DNA of 64,000 nucleotides from Zygnema circumcarinatum SAG 698-1b (taxonomy: Eukaryota; Plantae; Zygnematophyceae), in assembly GCA_037447605.1 (NCBI GenBank), contig CM074816.1, positions 2,667,635 through 2,731,634 on the forward strand, read 5' to 3'. The notes beneath the pieces are model-generated. The model was not told the DNA's origin. It saw nothing but the letters and a program-made list of their open reading frames with translations, and searched no databases. Below are positions 50,810 through 64,000 of this stretch, one piece after another; position 1 is the first letter of the stretch; each line of letters begins with the position of its first letter. Position numbers and translations under genes: made by a program.

Positions 50810-53800
50810 TGTTAGTGTACATAGTTAGTTTAGATTAGCATGTTTGTGTTGGCGCTTAGTTCCTAGGGGTGTGCTTCTAGGTGTGACATGTATGGGGACG
50901 GACTTACTTCAGCGCGTCTTGTGGCCCGGCGGGAACCCGACAGCGCAACACGTACCACTGAGATTAGTATGAACCCGTTACGGGCCGATACCCGGTCGAT
51001 GCCGGACGATGCGGCGGGGAGTCCGACATTTTGAGGTACGGCCGAGGAATGGTCCTGGCGTGCGGAATCGTGGACTGATCGCGGCGGCAAAGGCGGCAAA
51101 GTCGGTGGAGTCGTGGGCCTACTGCGTCACGGAAGATAGTCACTTGTGGGTGTGGCCCGGGGAAGTTCAGCTTCGGCGGTAGAGTACATGGCCATCTGGG
51201 TTAGAAGCGGTGGTGTTGAGAATGCACGTTGCCAGGCTGGGTGTACTATGCATAGCAAGACGCGAAGTAGTTTGTTAGGTTGTTTGAATAAGGTTGTTGC
51301 ATGCATGGTCGGCGCGTGTGACGTGACATGGTCACGTCACGGCCCCATACTATATAGTGAGTGGGTGTGTGTAAGTTAGAAACGCCTTCTTGATATGCAT
51401 TGCAAGGCTATGGCGGTTTGAAGGCATGGCTTTGGCAAATGTGAGGGGTGGGACTCTGTGAGGAGTCTCCGTGGTGTGGAGAGTCACCACGCGGAAGGTG
51501 AAGTGATCATGTGGTGAAAGCTTGACTAGGGCTTATGGGGGGTTTGAGCTGGAAAAGCTTGTCATCATAAAGGAGTTTTAGGTCGGAGCTTCTCCTACGT
51601 TTTTCTATTCCTACTGTGTTGTGTATGCACGGAGTGAAAAATGAGTGAGAGTGTCATGGGCACCGTGGAGGAAGTTTCCATGGACAAGGAAGAGGGAGAA
51701 AGGGTGGAAGGTGAATTTGCTTCTCATCCCTCTGCCCCTCTCACAAGTGGTATCAGAGCTCATGGTGAAGAGGAAACCGGGGCTAGTGTGAAGTTTAATG
51801 TCCCTGCATTTGATGGGACAGACTACAAGGGATGGAAGTGGCGGCTGACTCCCATACTTGAAGGGAAGGGACTTCTTGGTCATGTGACTGGGAAGGTGAA
51901 GGCGCCGCCGGCTACATCCGTGGAGGAGCTTGCAAAGTGGAAGGCCCGTGACAACAAGGCCATCACTCAGATTGCAATGAGTGTGAAGGGGACGCCTTCA
52001 CACATGCTCTATCTACTCAAGACGCTACACGAGATGCGGAAGTGTTTTGGAGGACATGTAATGAGCGGCGACAGCGCCACGCTGGTGCACCCAGACACGG
52101 AGCTCTGGAAGATGAAGATGAGCTGGATGAGTAGTCGACCGACTACATGGGGCGCTTTGACAGCCCTCATGCGCCGCTTCGTGGTGATGTGGCAAGTGGG
52201 TTCCTGAGTCGCATCATAAGATCAGCCGGGCTTGGTTATTTTGCTGGTGTCGTGCTTTGACTACATTACGCAAATACTCTTCGGTCGCTTCTACCACTTC
52301 TTCTTGACCTTGGAGAGTGTGAAGAAGCTGATTCAGAAGAGGACGCCATGACGATCCGAAAGCAGTGAGAGCGCGGTTGGCTTATGAAGGGGAAGCTCTT
52401 CCTTTGGGAAAGCAGCATAAAGGAGGAGGTGGTATGAGATCGCCCCAAGGGGACATGCTTCACTTGTGGGAAGCCAGGTCACTACTCAACGAAAGTCGCT
52501 CCTGCTAAGCGCCCAAGTAAGGGAGGGGACGCCAAGACGAAGTCGAGCAAGAAGGAGTTCACAGGCGTTTGCTTCAAGTGCAAGAAGAAGGGTCACAAGA
52601 GCATTGATTGCAGAAGTGCTGCTACTGATACAAACTTGAATTTAGCTGAGAAGGAGCATGTGTAGTTTGTGGGGAGAATGTGAAGGACCCGGTAGCCGCG
52701 GCTCATTGATTCGGGGGCCATCACATTACAAAAGTGCACTGGGGTTGTTCCCACGAGATGAGATCGCCTGTGCCCCTCATGTTCAGCTCACAAATAATCG
52801 GGTGAGGAAGTGAAGGTGACTGCAATGAGGCTTAATGGAGGATCGCCTTAGGAGAGGGAGGAGAGAGTGAAGGCGTGCCTACCATGATTGGTAATGTGCT
52901 TTATACTCGTCAGCAAAGACAACTTTGTGTCTCTGTGGGACAAGTGTGCCATGTGGGTTACTCACCACTTTTGATAAGCAGAATTAAGGCTAGACATAAG
53001 AAAACCGGAATGTCTTACTTCGTGGGCACCGAGAGAGGGCCCGTATATTTGGCTAAAGGGAGTAAGCTCTCAAGAAGAAGGAGAGTCAGCTTTTGCTTAT
53101 GACCCAAGATGAGGGGTGCGTAAGTGGCATGAGGCTTGGGCATGTGAGCTGGTGCCATGCGGGAGTTAGCTCAAGGGGTTGGTCCGAGGTTTGGACTTGA
53201 GGGTGCGGTTGATCCACGTGAGGATTTGCTAAGATCAAAGATAAAGGGAAGATCCATCGGGCCATTCGTATAAGAGGAGACGGAGGGGCGCCGCCAAGGA
53301 AAGCCGTTGGCGCAGTGCAATACGCATTCTGTGTGGCCCCATCACCCCAAACAGCTTGGGAGTGAAGTCGATATTTCATCACTTTCCTTGATGACTACTA
53401 CCAAAAGATGATTTGGGTGGTGCTCTTGACACGTAAGTTCTGACGCTATCCGTACCCTTCTCGTGAGTTTGGAAGATGCGGCAGAGCGGAGAGGCGTGCT
53501 ATCTACTGCTAGAACCTCCGTTCGTATTAATGGAGGAGAATTCAAGAACAAGGTGTTCAGTGAGTATTTGAGAGGCTTGGGAATCAAGCAGGAGTTCTCT
53601 GCTCCATATTCACCGCAGAGTAATGGAGCTGCTGAGAGAGTGAACAGGACTCTTGAGACATGGCAAGGACGCATAAGCTGCATGACTCACCATTTCCTCG
53701 TGATATTTTTGGGGAGAAGCAAAGGATGACCGCTTTTATGTGAGGAATGGTGTGTCCACATCGGTCTTGGAGGATCGAAAGTGATCGATGAGGTGGAGTG

Positions 53801-56800
53801 GGACGGCCCACCTGGGACAATTTGGAAAGCATTTGGATCAGTGCTGGTGGCGCGAGCAATCGTAAGGTCGCTGGAGGGAAGTTTTTCCAAGGGCGTAAGG
53901 AGGGCTTCTTTCTTGATACGCCAAAGGATTGCGTGGCTTACGTGGTGTATAGCCTTGGAGCACTAAGAAGGTAGAGATCACAGGGACGTGAGGGTGGATG
54001 AGGATGCTGCACACGTCCCCTTTACCCACTCATGGAGGCGTGCTGATGAGTCGTGTCCACTCGGATTCACCTATGAAGGTGAAGTGATCGTGAGTCACCC
54101 TGAGCAGGAGAAGGTGCCAGTGGCCACCCAAGCTCCGACGGAGGAGAGTGCCACGCCCATTCATTCACGACGGCCTCAGAGTCGAGAGCATGATGAGACA
54201 AACCGTGACCTTTACTCCCTTGCTCTACATTGGGGAGACATGCGTGAGTCCGTGGGACCAATCGGTTGAGGCATCGGCCACGGGGTCTCGTGAAGAGACC
54301 TCAGCCACGAGAGGAGGTGTCAGCATGCCGCATAAGCTGGTGGCTTCGTAACCACGCCGCCGAATGAAGAGTTGCCGGAGGAGATGGTCATGAGCCAGGA
54401 GAAGTGCTGTCACCCAATGCGAGTTGTGGAGCAGCCCTCAAGAGCATCCTCTCGCGGATGGAGAAGACAAGTGGGAGGACTAGGCGGCCTCCAAATCGCT
54501 TCGGGCCCCACAGGTTTACGGCGAGCGCGAAGAAAGCACGAAGAATGCCCGTGATTCCGTGATCATTTCAAAGTGACATGGACATGATCGCTCATTGTTA
54601 CATGGCCTTACTGCTGAGCCTCGTGACTTACGGGGAAGTTGTCAGGGCGACGATCAAGTGTAAGGTAGGAGGCCATCGATAAGGAGGTGGGAATACCGAC
54701 AGAATCGACTTGGCGCTTTCTGGAGAAGTCTCCCACCTCAGAGGCGCTACTCCACCGCAAATGGTCTCAAGGTTAAGAGGAAGGCGGATCAAGCAAAGAT
54801 CGGGCAGGCTGGGCGGCGCGTAATTTCGCGTGCTGGGTGGCTAAGCATGGGTGAGTGGATCGGATTGCAGACCTGCCCTCGTGAAAGTTCAACTCTCCGG
54901 CCCTCATTTCTATTGTACCGCTAGGGATGCATGTCCACCGGCTTGACATCAAGACTGCTTTCTCAGATGGAGATCTCATTTAAGAGATATACATGGAGCA
55001 ACGGAGGGGAAGTGCGAGAAGGAAAGGGAGAACCTTGTGTGCGCACTGTACAAGAGAGTTTGTACTGGTCGGGCAGCCCTCACAAGTGGTGTATGAGTAG
55101 AAGATCGATGAACTCTACAGGCTATGGGTTTGATCGCTTTGAGACTCCGACATAATTTGTGTGTACTCGCTGGCTTAAGATGATGATAAGCTGTTTGTTG
55201 GGGTCTATGTGGGATGACTCCGATCATGACGTTAAAGTCTTTCGCAAAGATTGCAGAGTTGAAGGAGCTCTGCGTGAGAATTTCCGTGATGATCGACCTT
55301 GAGAGTGCGCCCAATATCTCTTGGGATCCAAACAAGAGGGGCCGATATGGTTCGCTATTCCTTCGTCAAAGGAAGTACGCAGAAGATGCGCTATGAAGCT
55401 CAACATGGGAGTGCGCACTACGCACAAGTCCCATGGAGGTCGGAGTTCGCCTACACGGCGAGATGTCCCCGCCTACAGAGGAGGAGGCAAAGGCAACGGC
55501 AGAGTGCCATATCGACCAAGGATCGGGATTCTTACGTATTTGATGACGTGCACGGTGCCCGACGGCGAAGCCGCGGAGTACCTAAAGCGATTCATGGAGA
55601 ACCCCGGAGGAGCATCGGGAAGAGTCAAGCTTTATATTTCGTTTCTCAAGGGAATCGTGGATTATGGCCTCAAGTTTGGAGAGGGGGACCGCAAATGAAG
55701 TCTATGGCTATACGTGACGCCGACCGAGGGGATTTGATTCATCCCGCCCACATCCGATACGCTTTGAATGCAGGTGTGGGGCCATCACATGGAATTCCAC
55801 TCTTCGTAGTCTTCGGCTCTCTCCAAAGACCGGCAGTAGTATATGGTGTTTCTGCCATGCAGCCGAGAGTGTGTGTGGTCAAGGAACTTCTTTGGGAGTG
55901 GAGCCGCCCTCAGCCCCTTGCCTCACTCTTCACGACAATCAGTCCTCTATTGCTCTCATGGAGAATCCGGTGTTCCACAAGAGGAGCAAGCATTTCCGGA
56001 TCCAGTACCATTACGTGAGACACGAGGTGAGGGAAGGACTTGTTGACATCAAGTTCATTGGAACCAGGGAGCAAGCAGCCGACATGCTGACGAAGGAGGT
56101 CAGTGGTGAGACCTTGAGGATTAATTCAGATCTCATTGGGCTGGGGCCCTTTAGGAACTAAAGTGCCAAAGAGGGGGGAATGTTAGTGTACATAGCTAGT
56201 TTAGATTAGCATGTTTGTGTTGGCGCTTTAGTTCCTAGGGGTGTGCTTCAGTGTGACATGTAATGGGATCTTATTCTACTTTCATGATACAAGGCGGTGA
56301 GACCGACCGCCGCTAAATCGCACGGATAGGTATGGACCGCATGCACCGTACGGCCGGTACGACAGTACCTACCGAGCGACATTTGCATCACACAGGAATC
56401 GGTCCCCGGCGCACGGAATCGCGGGACCGAGCGCGGGCGCAAAAGGCGCGGTCGGGTGGAGTCGGGCGGAGCCACTTAAGGCATCTTTAAGATAGTCCTT
56501 GTGGGTGACGCTGAAGTTCAGCTCAAGCAGAGAGTACATGGCCATCCTGCTAGGAGCGGGTGGTGTTGGTACGCTGCCGTGCCGGGGTGTACTATGCATA
56601 CCAGTTATCAATGGGCAGTTTATTTAGTTGTTTGAATAGTTGTTGCATGATGGTCTCGGTGCGTGTGACGTGACATGGTCACGCCACGTTTCCATACTAT
56701 ATAGTGAGAGGTGTAAGTTAGAAACCTTCTTGATATGCATTGCGTTGCTATGGCGCTTGGAAGGCATGGCTTTGGCAACAGATAGGGACCTTGTGAGGAG

Positions 56801-59800
56801 TCTCCGTAAAGGAGAGTCAGCTTCAATGCGGAAGGTGAAGTGATCATGTGGTGAAAGCTTGACTAGGCTTATGGGGGCTTGAGTTGGAAAGCTTGTCATC
56901 ATAAAGGAGTTTTAGGCTGGGAGCTTTCTGTTGGTGGAGGGACTCCTCCACTGCTACCGTCCGTTCCTCCATTCGGGTCACCCTCCATCGGAGTTCGCGT
57001 TCCAATCGACGATGACATCTTCAAATCCCTCACATTCACTCATAGCCCATTTTACTCTCACAGAGTGAATCACAAGAAATAATGCAATGAATGTAGAGAA
57101 ATGAATAGAGAAAGCTCCGGCTCTTAAAACTCCTTAATAGTGAATTCACTCATACATTGAGAGACCCCTTCAAATCAGCCAAGAATCTCATACCACTACC
57201 TCACAAAGACGAGTAAGTGTAGTGTCGCAACACTTGTTTAACAAAGATAACGTAGACTACAATGTACCGAATGAATTGTTTGCCTACAACAAAACAATCC
57301 TAAATACTATGTCACTACACACGGACAACAACATACTTAAGCTTCACACAACACTCCACTAGCTGCCCCAAGTAGAAGGGCCTTATCCTCATCCTAATCC
57401 TGCTACCGCCGATCCCTCGTGACTCACACGATCCAAAGATTTTGCTTCCGTCGATCCAACTCAGCCTTCCGCTCAATCCACGCCTTGGCGCCAGGGATCT
57501 GACCTTGCCTCTCCAAGATAGATGACGGGTTAACTCAAGGCCGCCACACGCCAATCGCATACAATTCGACGCAGCCCGCATACCCTGAATCGCCACAACC
57601 CGACGCCACTTCACGCCAAGTCCAAATCAGCCAATCCAAAGGCTGGACGCCGCCAGCTGCTGGCCGGGCTTCGACTGGCAAGGCAGTTTCAGCTGCCGCC
57701 ACATCTTCGATTCGGGCTCAAGGCCTGGCCCCGGGCGCTTAATATTTCGAATCGCCGCTGGCCGGCTCGCCTCACCACAAGGCCGCCTCCAATTCCACCA
57801 AAGCCCAGACCGCCCGTCGGTCTAGGCGCACATCGCCGCCAAGGGCCACACACACAACACATGCACACAAAACTAATGTCCCAACAACAACTTGTCTAGT
57901 GACTAACTACTATACACTAACAATCCCCCTCTTTGGGACTTTAGTTTTGCATGGGCCCCAGCCCAACCAACCTGCCATTCACCAGCAGGGTTTCTCCGCT
58001 AACTCCTTTCGTCAGCATATCGGCGGCTTGCTCCTTCGTACCTACGAACTTCACATCGACAAACCCTCTCACCAACTCCCCGCATATAATGGTATCGCAC
58101 TCGATAAAGCTTGGTCCGCTTGTGAAACACCGGGTTTCCCACCAGGGAAATCGATGATTGATTATCGGTGAACAAGGTAATCGGGCGTTGTTCTCTCTTG
58201 CATTCATCAAAGAACCGCCAAAACCATTGACGCCTCCTTTGCAAAGATGACAAGCACCCATGTATTCTCGCCCTCTCAGACTCGTTAACGCCAATTTGTC
58301 CCGCAATCCTGGAGCCCACGAATCGCCTCCACCTCCATACGTGCAAATGAAACCCAAGTCGGACATGTATCTACATCACCGCCTAACTGAAATCAGATAG
58401 CCAATCACTCCGTTGGCCCCTCTCATACCCGGATCCCATAATCAAGCCGCCAGCCCCTCTACATATTCAATATCCTTTCACGCCTCCCAATGCTCTGAGG
58501 CCCTCGATTCTCCATGAACGCACGGCCGAAGCTTCATCGCTTTGCCGTGATCCCGACCGCTCCAATCATCAGTACACGACCTCCCAATTGCAGACTGTGA
58601 AGGGGCACACCCCAACATCTTCTCGTGTCCGCCGCACTGGCGGTGATTCCCGCGAAGCTCCGCCTAATATCTCCATCGGGCCGAGCAACGCTCAGAATCT
58701 TCCATGTGGAACCCGCAAGAACATCCGGGATGCATACTTCTTCCGGCCACGTGCTAATAAGCCGCCATCTTGCCCTCACCAAGATTCCGCGCATATCATA
58801 CCACCCAAATCCTATCTGGAAATTTTGCTTGAAGCAACTCTTCTGGGCGAACCGGATTCTTCTGCCGAGGCTCACCATTATGAGATCATCAACGTGATCC
58901 CTAATTTAACATGATGTCCGCCCTCTCTCACTCGGGTATACTTAATTTATCCTCGCTTCGACCTGGCCGAAACCATTCCCTCCTCGTGTAATATCATCTA
59001 TCTTCGCATCACACCGGCGCCGCTTCAAACCATATAAAGCTCTTCACTAGCCGCATGACTAGGGTGTTCCCCGACCACCTCCTCGCTGCTCCATATAGAT
59101 CTCTTCCGCTAGATCTCCTCGCGACAGTGAATGCCGTCAGTTTTGATGTCCACCATGGATATGCATTCCTTCACCACGCGATGGAAATCGGCGTTCTTAA
59201 GGAGTTGAACTTTACCACGGAGCGAAAGTCTCCACGTAGTCAACTCCATACTGGCGTATCCCTTTCTCGCCTACTAGCCGCGCTTTGTATCTCTGGCCAA
59301 GCTCCACGCTTCGCCTCCGCTTCCTTCTGACTTCTGAAGACCCATTTGTGCTTCAATAGCTCGCCCCTTGAGGCGCAGCCTTCCTCCAACCTCCACGCGT
59401 CGCTTCTATCAAGCCGCTCCCACTGCTATCGACGCCACCGCCATTTATGCCGCCACGCACTGGCCGCGGTGCTTCTCAAAGGTCCTGCGGGTTCCGTGAT
59501 CATAAAAGCAATGGGCAACTCCCACGAGGTCAGCTGAATCTGAAGGCACTCTTTCTTGGATGAGGTTGTTCTCAGGCGAGTACCGATCTGGTCGCCTCCT
59601 GTCCCGACTGCTCTTCCGAATCTCCTTCGCGCTTCGTCCTCTCGGATAGAAGTAGAGTCCGGGTACAAAACCTGGAGGCATGTTAGCTAACATAGCCTCT
59701 CTCTCGGCCGCTTCAAGGTCCTCTGACTCTTGCGTGTGCAGCGGCACCGTCTCCACGGAGTTCTCCTCTTCCTCACTCAATCGAGTGCGACCGGAATCGC

Positions 59801-62800
59801 CTCGTCAATTTCAGCGGCTCCTCCCGCGATGCCCTCTCATGCACTTCCAACATCGCTGATTCAGGCCGCCGGCTCGCTCCTTCACTGCAGGATGTGGCCG
59901 GCATCCTCGCACAAAGGACACTGCACGCCTCCACTGCCTCCCTCCTCATACATACGAGAGCCTCAAATCCGCTGGGCCGGGAGACCCAGGAGTTCGCGAA
60001 CACGCCAACAAAGACTTCCCTCATCAATCGAAGGCCCTCGTGCTCGTGACTTCCTCGCAAATGAGGGTTCCATTACTCTATAATGCGCGGGCCGCTGTGT
60101 TATAGCCGAGAACATACCCCTCCACCGCCGGGGTCAAACTTTTCTTCTCACGCTGCAGCCCAAAGACGCGCCGCCAAAGGCCCCTTCTCGTGTGGGAAAT
60201 CGCGGGCTTCCTCCACTCCACATCCGCCTTCGTGACTCGTCTTTCGTAATCTTAAGACTGACATCTCTGTGCTTTCAATGTACGCCAGCAGTAGAAACCG
60301 CTTCTCCCCAAAAGGAAGCTGGAAAGGGGGAATCAATCAACATGGTCCGAGCCATGTCCCCCAATGTCCTGTTCACTCGCTCAGCTGCTCCATTACTCTG
60401 AGGGGAATAGGGGGCAGAGAATTAATGCCTTATACCGCGGTTCTTCAGGAACCCTGCGAACTCCTTGGATTTGAATTCGCCGCCATTGTCTGAGCGCAAA
60501 GCCTTCAGCTTCTGTCCTGATTCTGTCTCCGCCTGGTTCTGGTTTAGCCAATCTCGAAAGGCTCCGAAAGCCTCTGACTTGTTCTTGAGGAGCGTAATCC
60601 AAATCTTCCTCGAGTAATCGTCGAGGAACGTGACGAAGTACCGTGCTCCGCCGTTGGTTGCCGGTGTAACTGGGCCACACAAGTCAGAATGTACCAATTC
60701 CAACTTCTCTCGCGCTCGATAGGACTCGTCTCCACTCCTCACGAATGGTCTCCTGTGCGCCTTGCTCTCCACACACTCCTGCCACAACCCAAGCTCCTTC
60801 TCCACTACACCGCCCAGCCTTACCTTACTAACCCTTCGCAGCCAATCACGGTGATCTCTATGGTGTAAGTGACTAAAGTCTTCTATGCCATACATCTACT
60901 TAATATTTCCCTTTCCTGTGATTGCATTGGCATGCTTCATAATTCTCCTCTTATAATCAAGATAATACGTTCTCCTCTATGCTAACCCCTAAACAGTTTG
61001 TCTCCTGCCAGATGGATGGCCGCCTTACATCTCCTCAAACAACAAGATCGTGATTCTTTCTACAATAATTTGGCCAATGCATTACTTTTAGGCCTCGGCG
61101 AAGCTCGGGTGTGAAGAACGCCACCAATTGACAACTTCGTATGTCTTTCTTCATTGATGACCGAGCCGCTCGAAGTATCATCCTCACGCCCACCTTCAAT
61201 ACGCGGACTCCTTCACCGGGTTATTTAACGGATCGGAAGCTGTCTTCCAAGTCGCCGAGCTTGAGAACATCGCATGTGTTCTCGCGACATATGCTTAGAA
61301 GCGTCGGACCAATCACCACGGCCGCTTCGATCCTCTTCTACCCATCCTTCCCACAAACGCATTCTCGCGATTCTCCGCCAAAGATGAGGTTGTTCTCAAC
61401 CGCTACCTTGCGCCCGGAACCGCGGGCTCCTCTTCTTGCATGAAGTAAGTGCTAATTTTAACGCTTCTTTTCCTTCGCTGGATGAAGCCGCTGCTTCCTC
61501 CCTTCTTCGGTCAGCTCGCTCTTGAAGCACCGCCGAGTAGTGGCCGATCTTGCCACATGTATAACACGTAATCGCCGAGCGTTCTCCTCGGGCTGACTTC
61601 GGGGCGCCTCCTCTTCGATTTGGTCGAGTGTGCAACGCAAGCACTTTCTCCTCAGGGCTGCCGACATCCTGAATGGAGTCCTCCTCCTTTATCCTACGCT
61701 TGACTTGCTCAAGAGTCATCGCGGGTATTATTAGTCAGGACTGCCCCCCTCAAAGCCGCCTAACGCCACATCAATTCCATCGTCAAACCCCTAAATCGCT
61801 TATCTTTATGGTCCGCCTTCTAATGGTTTCCCAAGCGGCTATGAACCTTCCATCGTGAGCATCAAACTCCGACCATATAAGCTTCTGGGCTTTCTCATCT
61901 GAAGTCATCATCTTCATCTTGCCTGGCCAAGTGTAAAGACTCACGCATCGCCACATCGGGTTTTACATCATATACTTCCTCTGTGCATTCCACATGGCAT
62001 GAGAGGCTCGCATCATGTGCCATAGAGGACGACTTCCCACGCCATTGGCACCAAGGCCGTACCTTGTTGTCCTTGGTTTAACGCGAAGCGCCACGCCGCT
62101 CCTGACCGCCGCCTCGCCGAGGCTCCAACCTAACTCCTCGCGCCTTGATGCCGCCAACAACATACCCAAGCAACCCCTTGCTCATGCCAGTGAAACTCAA
62201 CCTCATCTCCACGTAATCCTGCCCATCAAAGGCCGAATGCCAATCCTGGACGCGGGTCCTCCGAAGTTTCCATGGTTCCCATACTTCACTGCTGCGGAGG
62301 GACTCCTCCACCGCTACCGCCCGCTCTCCATCTCTGCCACCTCCACGAGTTCGCTCCAATCGACGCATGACATTCAAACTCTCACATTCACTCATAGCCC
62401 ATTTTACCAGCCGTAGGCGAATCAAAGAAATAATGCACAAAGCTGAATAACAGAGAAATGAATAGAGAAAGCTCTCGCTCTAAAAACTCTTAATAGTGAA
62501 TCTACCTATACATTGAGAGACCTCAAATCGCCGCCACATCTCTGGCCGTACTACTACCACAAAGACGGTAGTAAGTGTAGTGTCGCAACACGCAGCGTAA
62601 CAAAGATAACAGACTACAATGTTTAATGAATTGTTTGCCTACAACAAAAACAATCTCTAAATACTGCGTCACTACACACGCGGGATAACAACATGCTACT
62701 TAAGCTTCTCACTAACATCTAATTAGCGCCCCGGCGAAGGGCCTTATCCCGACCCAATCTCGGCTACCGCCGATCCTCGTAGACTCACACGGATCCAGCA

Positions 62801-63447
62801 TTTTGCTTCCGCCGGATCCAACTCTCCGCTCAATCCACGCCTTGGCGCCGCAGGATCCGACCTGCTCCAAAGATAGATGACGCGTTTAATCCTCGCTGGC
62901 CGCCTCACGCCAATCACACCGGACGCAGCCTCGCGCATACTCCTGAATCACACGACAACCCTCGCCGACGCCACTTCACGCTCAAGTCCAAATCAGCCAA
63001 TCAGGCACGGGACACGCTGGCCGCTGGCCGCTGAGCTCTGAAGGCTACAGCTAAGGCTGCCGGGCCGTCATTGAGCCCGATTCACCGTCACGTCCGCCGC
63101 CACGCCTTCGGTCGCCGCCACGCTACCGTTACCTCCCCGACTTCCGCCAGCGCCCACGACCAATAAAGTCCAGACCGCCCGCCGTCTAGCAAGACATCGG
63201 CCAAGGCCACACACACAACATATGTACGCTTCAAAAACTAATGTCCTACTGTAACAACTTGTCTAGTGACTAACTACTATACACTAACACTTTCTCCCAC
63301 GCTTTTCTATTCCGCCTCGCGTGCTGTGGCGCACGCGAGTGAAAATGACAGAGTGCCGCTGCACCGTGAGGGGAAGTTTCCATGGACAGTGAAGAGGGAG
63401 AAAGGGTGGAAGGTGAATTTGCTTCTCATCCCTCTGCCCCACTCACA
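50810..63447 (+). mobile_element. Ty1/Copia element A inserted in the Gypsy pol, TSD ACCCC
   Basis: 5' LTR 50810-51745, PBS TGGTATCAGAGC 51748-51759, gag (FDGTDYKGW) with two CCHC knuckles (~52455-52615), integrase (~53460-53730), RT, RNase H (55871-56161) and PPT 56169-56180. The 3' LTR is split into 56181-56928 and 63290-63447. ACCCC at 50805-50809 and 63448-63452. Many frameshifts. Confidence 0.93.
56929..63289 (-). mobile_element. Ty1/Copia element B inserted in the 3' LTR of element A, TSD CTTTC
   Basis: LTRs ~62290-63289 and 56929-57922, PPT beside 57923, gag knuckle CYTCGKIGH, integrase LELVHSDLCGP..FVTFLDDYSR..LRSDNGGEF, RNase H DNQSSISL..QAADMLTK. CTTTC at 56924-56928 and 63290-63294. 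The PBS is degenerate. Confidence 0.92.
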
Positions 63448-63452
63448 ACCCC

Positions 63453-63720
63453 TTGGCAGATCGTCTGGGAATACATCCTCAAACGCTTTCAACAAGGGTT
63501 GAAACACAGTTGGGACAGTTGGCATTGTTTCACCCGCAGTGGGTTGCCACTCCTGGTCCCCGTCATGAGCGTCCTCGGTTGCCGTCATGACTTGTGTTGA
63601 GATTGAGGGGTCAAAAACTGAGCCCCCTCTGGTCGTGTCTTCTCCCGTGTTGTTCTCGGCCATGATGACTTTCACCGCGGAGCCAAGCAAGAATCCCAGA
63701 GACAAGCAGGTAAGAGAAAA
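63453..63720 (-). mobile_element. Upstream continuation of the Gypsy pol (just before RT)
   Basis: ...QPLLKAFEDVFPDDLPRG joins LPPARGVGHTIPLEP at 50804 once Copia A and one TSD copy are removed. Confidence 0.88.
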
Positions 63721-64000
63721 GCTTCACCGCCTAAAAACCTCTTTCTTATATAATGAAAGATACAAATAGCGCTAGTGCAAACTACTCTCGCTCTCGCTCT
63801 ATCATCTTACGCTTTCTTACTAAGCGTTGTTTATGCTGCCCTCGACTACCACACTTTCCTCGACAAATTTACCTACATTTTGGGAAAGATCGCTTCCCAA
63901 AGGTGAGGCAAGTAGGCATGAGCCTCCCCATAAAGGCTCGGGTGATTTTGGATGTATTTTGAGCCTTCCTCAAGGAGCGGCTTATGTAGTCACGGGTGCT

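Noticed and set aside
50810-63447. Dating the Copia insertions from LTR divergence
   Set aside because: The dense small indels in this block could be uncorrected long-read error, so divergence may not reflect age.

Overview
Eukaryotic nuclear DNA from a green-lineage (streptophyte/plant-like) draft assembly. It has GT-AG introns, abundant (GA)n/(CT)n microsatellites, twelve N-gaps (eleven of 10 N, one of 100 N) and telomere-like TTAGGG/CCCTAAA motifs. The first ~46 kb holds spliced genes I could rebuild by hand: an LHC-like SEP-type protein (partial), a HIG1-domain protein, the last exon of a soluble pyrophosphatase, a GH1 beta-glucosidase, a PAO/PTC52/TIC55-family Rieske oxygenase, a RING-CH + DUF179(YqgE/AlgH) fusion, an orphan five-exon gene, an LTR-disrupted secreted-protein ORF, and the EF-hand exons of a CDPK present twice as a perfect inverted duplication around a gap. 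Intergenic DNA is packed with non-autonomous DNA transposons: a hAT MITE with a perfect 8-bp TSD, two long-TIR Mutator-like elements with 8-bp TSDs, a GGGGGAGTC-TIR family, and 0.7 kb and ~5 kb foldback elements. There is also a miniature LTR-type structure whose 130-bp LTR contains a tRNA-like cloverleaf. The last ~17 kb is LTR retrotransposon DNA: a chromodomain Gypsy interrupted by a Copia, whose 3' LTR is itself interrupted by a second Copia, with both TSDs intact. All calls come from reading the sequence; no database searches were run.
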